A stretch of DNA of 42,786 nt from Craspedostauros australis (Eukaryota). Below, in pieces: positions 11,400 to 22,700 of the stretch. The notes under the pieces were generated by a model. It made no database searches and was not told the origin of the DNA. It worked only from the letters and a program-made list of their open reading frames with translations. A program made the translations under genes and the position numbers. The stretch covers positions 1-42,786 of the forward strand of contig JALAGF010001806.1 of NCBI GenBank assembly GCA_030167865.1, given 5' to 3'. The first letter of the stretch is position 1. Each line of letters starts with the position of its first letter.

Positions 11400-12009
11400 A
11401 TGTTCACGACCAACGAGGAAGACCAGCGGAAGGTCGCCGAATTGAATGCGCGGTTGAAAGAGAGCAACGACAGCAGCACGTCAGCTGCGACAACAAGAAT
11501 ACCGAATGTTACTATCGACGATGGTGCGCACAAATACGTGCTGATCCGCGCTACGAATGCGTCCACCGCCACACAGGAGCACTTTGTGGTGAGCAAGCGC
11601 GGTGCGGCTTACCACCGCAACGCTGCCGAGCCCATGGTGGAACGGCTGCAGCAGAATGGATACACCAGCATCGATGTGACGGGAGGTGGGCGCATTTACT
11701 TGGATGACGACAATCGGAGTATTTCGATATTTGGATATTCCTATGGATTCGGGCAGGTACGTGCGCAGCGTGCAGCGGACTGCGTTCATATCCTGCGAGC
11801 AGAGCAGAGCAGAGCATTGTGTTTGCTCTCCACTCTCCTTTTTCGTGATGTGATATGGTGTGTGCATTGACTAAAGTGGAGTACTCACAATCAGCCCCAT
11901 TGCATGACGCTATTCGCAGGCAAATCACGAACTGAGCAAGTCCGTCATCGAGAAGAGTTCCACGAAGTACGCAACCTATGACATCACAACAAGCAACGAA
12001 GGGTATTGA
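11400..12009 (+). CDS. PHPT1: Janus/Ocnus family 14-kDa phosphohistidine phosphatase, 148 aa, 2 exons
   Basis: Exons 11400-11756 and 11920-12009 (intron GTACGT..CAG, 163 bp). Motifs are IDDGAHKYVLI, AAYH (catalytic His equivalent), GGGRI, IFGYSYGFGQ|ANH and C-terminal SNEGY. Confidence 0.92.
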
Positions 12010-12297
12010 GCAGCCGTTCGTTCATCGATAGATCCATCCATTCATTCGATCATTCATTCAATCGTTCAAGCATGGTGCTGGCTGGGGCAACGTTCAATAC
12101 TTCCGTGCAATAATGCCATGGGTCGAGATGTGCTCGTATGTATTATACGAAATACTTATTACACGTGCAAGAACACCACACAATACCACACCACACAGTG
12201 GCAGAGTGAATGGACTGTTCAACCACACACCGCAGTCCTTACCAACACACGATCGCGCGAATCTTCATGGCATTGGACATGGTAAAGTTTTCCATTT

Positions 12298-15200
12298 CTA
12301 TTCTTTCATCTTTTGCTTTTGAGGACTTTCGGTGTGTGCCGACAGCTGATCAGCCAGCGATGAGATGGTGTGTTGGGTGTACCGTTGCGATAACGCCGAA
12401 ACCGGAGTCAGAGCGTTGTGCACTTTCGCCGCGGTCTTTTGGTTTGGCGTTTTTGCGCATTCTTTCGTCACGTGCCCGTTATCTTGGAACGCCTTGACGC
12501 TGTCCATGTCCCCCTTTAGATTGCGCTTCCCCTTCATCGTTGAGCCGATGCGACTGCGCTTCACTTTGGGAACCTTCAGTGGGCTATCAACACCGCCCAC
12601 ACCCTTCGTGGAACCGTCCTCGCTGCTCGTGCTTGGGGAGGAGTTGGTGCTGCCATTGGTACGCGGCAAGCCATTTCGTTTGTCTCCAGCATCCGCCATC
12701 TCAACATCATTGTCCGGATGCGCTTCCGACTGCTTGCGCTTTGGCGATCGAAAGTCCTTGGCCTTCGCTTTGCGCGGGGTGGATGTCCGTCTCGTCGGTG
12801 TGCTGAAGTTGCTGCCGCTGGCAGGTTTGCTTTTTTGCGGGGTAGATGCTGCTGTTGCTTTCTGCGCCACCCGCGTTGCGGGTTGGCCAGCTGCAGGTTT
12901 CTCACCCAAATCCGTCATGGCCCGCGCGGCCATCAGCAACACGTTGACATCATCTGCCTGTTTCGAAGACACTTTGGCTTGCGTAGCACGCGATGATGAC
13001 TTCGGTTTTGGGCGATTGGGGGGTGTTGTTGCGGCAGCCAATGCCGCTCGTTTGTCGGGAGGAGTGGACGCCGCAGTCTCGGATGCCAGCGATGGCATCG
13101 ATCCACCATCCCCAATGTCGGATGGCGCACGTCGTGCCTGCTTTCTTGATGCTGGCGATGTGTGCTTCATGAATGCCTGCAGATAGTAGCCAAGCCGGTG
13201 ATAGATGTTGGTGTGCAACGAACGACGAACAACAGACAATGGACAGGGAGCACCACTTGTGTGAGGATATGTTGGAAGGCAGACAAGGACCCATCGTATC
13301 ACGCTTTTGTCCAATCATGTGAATGAATACAGTTAGTGCAGCTGATGCCACACCAAAGGGAATCTCGCAAATCAACGTACCAGATTTTGTGCCGCGTTCA
13401 CCATCCAAGGCTCCTTGCGTCGAGGCGGACCGTTCTGCGCTGCACCACGGCCCGTGGTGGGCTTACCACGTGTGGCGGCGGCGAACGGTGAGAGAGTAGT
13501 TGGTGGTGGCTCGGCCCCATCGGTTGGCTGGTTCTTGCATCCGACGCACCGGCAGTTGGCGTTGCACTTGACGTTGCCTGCGTAGCATTCGCAGTACTTC
13601 TTCATACATGCGCTCTTGCGGCACTTGCAACCGAGCTTGTGTGCCAGGATCTTCTGCGCGTGCGGTCCCACCGCATTGGCGCTGGGTCTTGGCCGCAATG
13701 GACCGTTGGTGCCGACGGGTTCGAGCATGCTGCTTGCTGTCTTTTTGAACTTGGTGTCGAAAGCATTCGGATTGCGATTCAGGATGTTTCGAATGGCCTC
13801 CTTTCGATCCATCTCATGGTCGGGGTTGTTGTGACAGTCCAAGCATCTGCAGACGGCGCCGCAGTATATCTTAACGGCGAAGCACTGGCAGTAGAGCTTA
13901 AGGCATTTGGTCTTCTTGCATGTGCATCCCATCGTGGTAACCTCCTCCCTGTGGCTGATCTCTATCTGGGACGGCGACGTGGCTCCCTGCCTGCCATCGA
14001 CTTCGTTGTACGTTTCCCCTCGGCTCCCCATGCGGATCTCCATCTGCTGCCGCCTTAACGTCGGATCCGAGAAGCGGTACGGCCCCACGCCCGGCTCGAT
14101 CGACGGCCGAATGCCCGGAGGCGGAGGGGCGTACGTCGTGGTGGCGACGTACATTCTTGATTTCTTTGCCGGGGTGCCCGACTTCTGCGCAGCCTCGTAG
14201 AAGTTGTGCATGGGCGGTGCTCCTGGTCCAGATGGCGAGGTTGCCGGCGGTGCTGTTGTCGGTATGGGTGGCGGTGGTGCCTGGCTCGCAGTGTACGGAT
14301 CTGTTTGCCATCGTGTTGCACGCGGTGGCAGCGTCGCCAAATGCGGCGTCACGCGGTGCAGATCATCCCGAGACTGGTATGCCGTCTGTTGAGGTGGATG
14401 CTGCGCGTACGGGTTACGCGGCTGGGCTGGTCTGTCGGTACCGGGTGGCGATGAGATCGGTGGTTGCTTCGCCGGTGCTGGTGGTTGCGAAGGCTGTGGG
14501 CCGTGAGCGTGTGGGAGGCCACGTGAAAGAGGAATTGTGTACGGAAGACCATGGGGGTGGCTAATTGCCTGTGCATGTGGTAGGCCGTGCACGTGGCCAG
14601 GTGCCCTCGTGTGAAGATGCGATGGAGCACCTGGGCGGTAGAGAGGGTGCGACGGCAGCGGTGGAGGAGGGCCATCCCTTGAGTTCGATGCGTCCGTGAT
14701 AGCTGGCCTTGTCGTCTGCAGCGGCGCTGCTGGTGATGCCCCCGCCGCTGCTCCAGGTGCCGATGCTGCTCCAGCATAGTAGGGTCCCGGTGGGGGCGGA
14801 CCACCGCCACCAGGTATCGGTGACTCGTACTGCGCGGTAGTGTAGGGTCCCGGCGGTACGTGATGTCCGGGTCCATCGACGGCCCGTGGTCCAGGTGCGG
14901 GACGTTGCTGCGCGGAAGGTGGCGGTGCTGCATGCGGTCCAGCTCGGTGCGTTTCGTAGGGTGGCGGTTGGTGTGGGGGGAGATGGCGGTGATGCGGCAA
15001 GTGAGCACCGCCAGCAAGCGGCGGGTAGTAGTAGTGCTGGTGGGCAGGATGGTGCAGATGCTTCGGCATTTGAGACGCTGGAAGCGCTCCTGCTGGCGGC
15101 GGAGACGAATGGTCCCCACGTGCTTGAGCCGGGTGTTTTGCTGACGAGTTCGACGATGGGTTGCCATCGGTGTGGCTTGCGGAGGCCGAGGCATTGGCCC

Positions 15201-15462
15201 CAGCCAGCTGTCGGTTCGCAGCTTCGGCGCCACCGTGGCCTTTGGTGGTCTTCATGTCCGCCAGAGCCTCGGCGATCACCTTGGGTGCTGCAGATGCTGC
15301 CGTTAACTTCGCAGCAGTCCTATTGGATGCGCTTCCATTCGTAATTGTTTGTCCCGGACGCACAGTTGCAGCAGAAGCCGGTGTTGCTTCCGGTGCTCCT
15401 GTTGATGCCGACGGCTTGCCTGTCGCGGCGGCCACGTTCTTCGGTCTAGTGCCTCCCGCCAT
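12298..15462 (-). CDS. Tesmin/TSO1/LIN54-like CXC-hinge-CXC (CRC) DNA-binding protein, about 986 aa, 2 exons
   Basis: Exons 15462-13381 and 13176-12298 (intron GTACGT..CAG, 204 bp). CXC1 is GCTCKKTKCLKLYCQCFA..CRCLDCHN, the hinge is RNPNAFDTKF and CXC2 is HKLGCKCRKSACMKKYCECYA..CRCVGCKN. The N-terminus is Pro/His-rich and disordered. The exact 3' end is less certain. Confidence 0.9.
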
Positions 15463-15624
15463 CGCCCAACCTCCGAGCTATCGTTTGGACCGCTATGAAT
15501 AGACCAACCGAATGAAACTGAATGCAACGGGATGCAACTGGATGATTGACTGGAGTGTCCTTCCAATCAAAAAAGTGCCTCTGGGCGACCTCAGCGACAG
15601 CCGCAAAAGCCAAAAACAGGTGGA

Positions 15625-15638
15625 TTCAAAATCCCGCC
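15625..15638 (-). promoter_or_regulatory. CDE/CHR-like tandem element (GGCGG-GAT-TTTGAA) about 165 bp upstream of the LIN54-like ATG
   Basis: Plus-strand TTCAAAATCCCGCC reads GGCGGGATTTTGAA on the gene's sense strand. The spacer is 3 nt rather than the canonical 4 nt. Confidence 0.35.
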
Positions 15639-16718
15639 ACGCAATCAAAGCGCTTTCTTGGTCTCTTCGTCCGATCAGCGTTTGCGTCCTTGCTTCCCGA
15701 TGCCTCCTCTTCGGTCCTTTGCCCCGATCGTCCCCTGCGTCGATCCAATGGAGAACTAGAGATCCCGCCCTCGCTTCGCACAGGTCACAATGTGCAGGTA
15801 GGTCTTGTGTCGTCCTTCTCTCACGCTGTTAGATCGATGGTCTCTCGCTCTTTGACCACCCTCTCTTTGTCTCTCTGTGGTGGTTGACCGCCGCAACACC
15901 ACTGCGAATACCGGCGCGAGTGCTTTACACACGAAGAGAGGGACTGGGGACGCCTTTGAGCCTATTTGCCGCTTGTTGTTGCATTTTAGCGTTGGTTTCG
16001 TGCTGTCGGTAGGGCGTTCTACGTTTAAACTCAAATTTTGTCTGTGGGACACATCGATCTTCTGCGTCTCTACGTGCTCCGCGGTACATCTTCCTACGAG
16101 GGCATGGGCGCAATTCCAACACAACACCATCCAACGCCCTTTCTATTTAACCGCTGTTAACGTTTCTGCGATATAAACATATACGATCCCAAGTCTCTCC
16201 AAAGATGTGTTTGAAAACTTGCACGCTCGCAGGTTGTATGACTTGTTCGACTCCGCTTCCGATCATTGGGGAGTACCAAAACTCGTTTTGCAGAGCCGGC
16301 ACGGATTTGAATTTCAATTTTCCTTTCGTGGTTTCTTGGTTTGCGTCCGACGCGTCACGGCAGGGTATCCATTTCGACCTCGCAATTGCCGCCATTTTTC
16401 ATGCCACACAAACAAGGCAAAGCAACGTGCTGGGTTGTGATGGCCCGTTGGGTGGCAGGGGCTAAACCCACCAAAGCAAGAAACTAGAGGGTAATCGCAA
16501 TAGTGGAGCACCACCAACAAGACACGCACAATCACATTCGATGCTCCATCTCCACAATTCGCCTTGAAGGTGCGCCTGTCACTGTGTTCTGGTGCCATAC
16601 TGCGAGCAGTCCATAATATTCTACTATATTCCACAAAACCCCATCATACCAACGGTACGAGAAGAACGGTTCGTACTATAAGACAGAAGTTCCACAAGCA
16701 TCACACTCGAAGGCAAAG

Positions 16719-19700
16719 ATGTCATCGCTGATACCCCTGAAGCTACCGGACGCTGAGGAGCCATCGGCATGGGACTCCACAATCGATGACCTGGACGGGT
16801 TTCAGGCGTCGTCCAACAGCCTCTCCATCACACCGCACGCCGTGGCGTACAAGTCCCTCGTTTGTGGAATCAATCAGCATCAGGTCGGATCTGCATCGTC
16901 GTCTTCGTCGTCGTCGGCAGAGGCGACGGCGGAAGGCCGACCAGACGAAGAATGGATCCAGTGGTCCACCAGCTTCTCACCCCATCGTGTGGCATCAGTG
17001 GTGTCCAACACCGATGGATCCATCGTGGCTGTGGCCACAGAGGCCGGCACGGTGTCTCTCCTGCGTGGATGCGACGGTGCCGTGCTGGCAACCCGCAGAG
17101 TGGTCAACGAGGCCCTGCACCTCCCGCCTGTCATCTCGCTCGTGACATCTCAACAACGGCATTCCGACACTGCATCTCAAACGTCCTCGACGACTACGTC
17201 TGCTCCATCGACGGCAGCATCGTTGGATACCCTGGTCGTCCAGCCGCCAGTGGACAGGGACGGCCCGATCCTCCTCGTGTCCAACATTGACGGATCCAGA
17301 CTGAATTGCAACAACAAGGCCATCATCTCGGAGGCAACGCGCAGCATGGGATTCCACATCATCAACGTCCCAGCCGAGGCGCCGTTCAGCGCGGGTGATA
17401 TCCGGCAGCTGAGGGGCTGCTATCTGAGAGACAAGTCGCATGTCATTCGCTTTGCCATCATCGACGTCAAGGGTCAGCTCATGTTCCTCGACTACGACCT
17501 CAACCAGAAGCAGATCGCGTTCGTGCAGCATCAGATGCCCTTCAGTGACGGCCAGGAATGGACGGTGGACTTTGGCGTTGACGCAACCGTGCAATACTGG
17601 AAACCGAGACAGCAGTCCTATCTCGTCGTTTCCGCGTTCAAGCAATCCGCCTCGACCAAAGTGTGCTGGATTGATGTCGAAAGCGTCTCCGTGGCGTTCG
17701 AATACGTCGTGAAGGATGCCGAGACCACTCAGCAGACTGTCGCGCTGATAGAAACTGTCAACGCTCACGATGACGATGAAGCAAAGGCGCTTCTCATCGC
17801 AACCAAGCCTTCGCGGAACAGCGATCGGATCAAGCTGCAGATCGTCCAGCTGCACATCGAGGAGACCATGGGCCTCGCGATGCTGGGCAAGCCGCACACG
17901 ATTTTCACTATGGATCTCAAGCAGAGCAGTCCGCAGATCTCAGTCGCAAGAGTTGGAGGCAATGCCGCACCCTACTCATTTCGTGCGATCACAGCTACCG
18001 CCGATGGCGCGAAGGAGATGTGCCACCTGTTTCATCCCAAACACACGGCCTCCGTGGGATATCTTCGCCTACTCATTGAACTGAAGCACTTCGACAAGGC
18101 CCAGCAATACATGGCAAGCCTCGATAGTGCTGTGCTCATCAAGGACTCCTTTGCGAACTTCCATCCATCGGAAATATCGCTGGCGCAGCTGAAGCACATC
18201 CTGACCTGCGGCAACATCAGCAACGGCGCTGCCATCCAGCAATCAAGGAACTGCGTGCAGCAGCTCGTCGTCGGAGCCTTGTCGTCGCCAAACCAAGGCT
18301 TCACCCATCTCATTGCTGCCGGCGACGTGCTGCTCGCGTGGCCCGACCCATCCCTGAGAAATCCGCCACTCCTGAAAGAGGTTGAGATGGCGCTGAAGGG
18401 TTTCCTCGCTGCGTTGGCACCTGTGCAAGCCAGCTTCAATGCAAAGGTCGCACCGCCATCTCTGACCCAGCTGCAGCACAGAGTGCAAAGCAAGGTGAAG
18501 GCAATCGAGTTCTTGTCAGTCGCCGTATCGGACCCGACTTCGTCATCCAATGACATTCGGTTCGACAAAGACTTTGCAGACATCCAATCGCCGCAGCTGC
18601 TCTTCGGGAAGTTCCTTCGATTGGGGTTCTTCGATGCCGCGGAGATGCTATGGAAATCTGATCTCAACGGGTGTCTGTCGTCGGAGGTGCAGGTCGATGC
18701 CATCCAACAAATACCGCCCTCCATCGACCCTCGTCACTACGCAATGCTGCTGTTCGACATGGTCCTGCCGAGCCTTGCCATCAATCACGGTCTTCTGCCA
18801 ACGATCGTCAACTGGACTTGCGCGACTGCCGATCGTTTCGATGAAGATCACGATGAAAATGGGGAGAACACCCTCGCCGAATCCATCTACATCCTCCAAC
18901 GACTGGACGAAGCAATCAAGAACCTTCGGCTCCGCATCCATTCCTCTTATGCTTCCTATACACCGTTCACAGGCAAGTCCCACTCTCCTCAGCACAACGC
19001 AAGCTCGTCGCTGTCCCTTGACAACAGAAATCTTTCCATGGACTCGATCGGTTCCGCCGAAGCAGAAAGCACAAGATCGACTGATAAACGCAAGGGTGAC
19101 GAAGAAATGGACAGCACGCTCCCGGTTCCGTCGATCTTGCAGATGAATCGCCTCAACGGTGGTGCAAAGAAAGCAAGGTCAGCATCTGTGCCTCGGCTGC
19201 GGTGGGATGACATTCTGGCCTTCGAGAACACACTTGAAGTCAAACTGCAGCAAGCCTTCTGCCTGAAGAAGGCACGCAACATGGGCCTCGCGAAGGACCG
19301 GTGCACTCTGAAGACCTTCATTGAGCGAGGCGGCATCAAGGCTGTGACGAAGCAGCTTCTGCGGCACTACTCGCGCTCCGCTTCGACGCATGCGGCGAGA
19401 AAATCAGCGGTGGATGTGCAGATCACGTCTTTCTGCACATTTGCAGGCATCGATTTGGACACCTCGCTATTGGAATACGCTCACAGTCTGTGCGGTGGAA
19501 AGAAGGCGACCGTGCAGGCCATCGAAGAAGCTGCTTCCATCGCTCTGTGCAGTGTTTCCATCAAGACTAAGTGCGAAATCACTCTGGTGTCATTGCGTGC
19601 AGCCTTGTTCTGCCACCATTCGCCGGGGTGGTTGGGAGATCTTTCCAAGCAGGCCATCGAATGGTCCTCCGCCGACACAAAGCTCAAGTCTGAGCTGGAA

Positions 19701-22700
19701 GAGGCCTCCAGACTCCTGCTCATCGATGGGATTCTTGGACGATACTGCGGTGGAGGGTCGAGAGAGGTTTTTCATGTCGACAATCCTCGGCACGCATACA
19801 GGCTGCTACAATTCATCTGTGGCCACATCCAAGAGGAATCCATGCTGACGGATGCCCTGGATCTGTGCCAGGCGTTCCACCATCTCACGGAAGAGACGGC
19901 CTGCACGCTCATCCTCCAGGCAACGATCGAGGCGGGAGACTTGTCCAAGTGCTGCGCCATGCTCAGAGACTTGAAGGCAAGAGACGCCGGGTTGGCATTG
20001 AAGACATTCCCCCGCGTCCTCGACTACTGCATGAACGGCGTCGCAGAATTCTCTTCCTCCATCACCGTGGATCGAGAACGTTTCCGCTCGTTTGCCAGCA
20101 CGGTCCATCAAATCCTACCAATCGGAATCGAACTGCACAACAGCACCTCGATCGACATCCTGAATGCCTCTACATGGGACGACGGCCAATTCGAGATACT
20201 TCTGGGTGTCTTCGACGCAATCGTGACGCTGCAGCGAGATCATGATGTGCAGGTATCGTACCATGATCTCAATGATACGAAGGCCCTTTTGCAGAGCGCA
20301 GTGGATGTGATTGCCAAGATCTTGGACGCAATCGCTGATACCAGCCCAGATCTCATCGGCAACACCGTCACGCGTTGCAAGCGCATCCTCTCGCTCTACT
20401 CGCGCTTGTGCGATGTATCCGAAGAGACGCTGTGGTACATCTCCGCCGGAATCTTCGCTTACAATCAGGCCCAGCGCCGATCCAACCCATCGGGCGGTGT
20501 CGATGCGCTAAGGAGTCTCTCCCTCCTGCTCGTCGCAGACAACGAAATCGTATCACGCTCCTGCCTGGCAATCACGCTCTCCATCTACGAAAAGGCCATG
20601 TCGGTGAGCACTCAGAGCACGTCGTCGATCGAACGGGTCATGCGAGACGCCATTCTGGCAACGTCCCTCGTGCAAACGACCATCCTTCCGAAGTGTTCCA
20701 AACGATTGCTGGCATCCTCCACGGACTTCGCAGAGCTCGCTGATGTCGTGAGCGACATCTTCGTGCGATGTGACGATGGCGTGGGCGAAAGACTTGATCG
20801 GTACAAGAAGCAGCTGAATTTGCAGGACCCAGCGCCAAGTTCATTGAGCGACGGCAACAAGACTCTAGCGCACAACAACGTTGACGTGCTCCAACTCCGG
20901 TTGCTCAACCTGCACCAGACCTGGTACGTCGGAGACGGGCTCCTCTTGCCTCCCATGGACGCCCTCGTGCTGAGCCGAGAATACAGCCAGTACGCCGTCA
21001 TCAAGACAACCTCGGCTCCTGTGAGAACGGAGCAACTCTTCCGGTTACATCAGCTGTTGGAGGAAAAGGGTTCGTTGTTTCTGGCCCTCCGCGTGCTTGT
21101 GCATAATGTGACAACCACCGGTGGAAGCCCCAACAGCTTCTCCCCGATCCATTCCATCGCCGACGTCTCCCAGGACCTCCATGTGGCGTTGGCCGAGCGA
21201 TGCATTGGGGGTACCAACAATGGCATCATCTCCGGGTCGGTGGACTCCGAGCTGGCGTTGACCTTCCTTCTGAATCTGCCCACGAAGGTCGCGCTTCGGC
21301 TGTACGGATCGTCGCTGCCGACAGCGATATCGACAAGGAACTTCCAACGTGTGATCACCATTGCGAGCATTGGAAAAGTGGCAGGAAGTCCTTGGGAGAT
21401 GTTTTCGACGAGAAAGGAGAACCTGCTGGGTTGGAAGAAACAGCAGCGCTTCGTTGACCAATGCCATTCCATTTACACTAGCGCGTACTGGTGGCAAGTC
21501 ATGCAGAGCATCGGGCTCGTGTTCGATCCGCTCAAGTTTGATATCCTTCGCTCGTCCTCTTCCAGATCATCGTCCTCCAAACCAAATTCCAAGGCATCGA
21601 AAGACAATGCAGCTCAGAGACCTTCTGCTCAGTACGCTACAACGTTGGTGCTGCCCTTCATGCGCAGCATAGCCAACCAAGACTGCGATACCCACTCCAT
21701 GCTGCGCATGGCCTACAGCTTTCTCGAATCATTCAACGCACCAGTGACAGTCGCAATTGAGAAGTACGTCGACTTCATCCTGACTTGTTCGCACGTCACA
21801 GAGGAATCATCCAAATCCGGAGGATACGTGGAGCGCCGCAGAGCTTCTCTGGGCCTTGTTCCCAACTTGCTCAAGTTCCTCAAGTCGGGCCAAGATCGAA
21901 CTCTCCTGCTGAGGAATTGCATCGTGAAGATTGAAACAGCGACTGACCATGGCACTGACTACGAGCACATGGCTCATGTCTTGGATCTCTACCACAGTCA
22001 GCTCAGCAGCTACATCCATTCCGAAGGCAAGCAGACCAAGCTAGACAAGCGCTATCTGTGGGCGGAGCTTGATACGATCGATCGAAGACGCGACGCCCTT
22101 GCTATTCTTCTCTCCTTCTTCCAGGACAGCCGACGCAAGCATCGTCCATTGTTCTCGAGCTTCTTCCTTCCGCTGCGTGCCTCCCTCATCGACGCCCAGA
22201 AGGAGCCGAGGGTCGTGGCCTGCGATGTCCTCGGGGAGGATCCAAAAGCCCAAGCCGCGACATCGCTGGATCCACTCAAATCGTTGCAGCCGCTGCTGGA
22301 ATCAGACATGAACATGTCGGTGTCTTCGGCGTTGGCACCCATCTCGCTTGCTTTCGGGATTCCCAAGGGCTACCTGCAGGCAAGAGCGTTGATGGCCAGA
22401 TTCGACATGTCCAACCATCGCGGGATGCCAAAGCCATCATTTGAATCCGACGTCCAGCTCGTGCTGAACAAACTTCAATCCTCTTCCGACAAGGCCAAGC
22501 TCGCAGAATGGTGCTCGCTCCAGTACAGCCTCGACAGCACCGACAAGATGGCCTGTCTCGACATGGCGCTCTCTTGTGCGATTCAAGCATCAAAGGAGGC
22601 AGAAGCAGCCATGTCTGACAAGCGCGCGATGGGGTCTGAAACCTCGCGCATCAGTGACAGGATCAACGAAGCGCTTACCAGGGTGAGACGCATTAGCACT

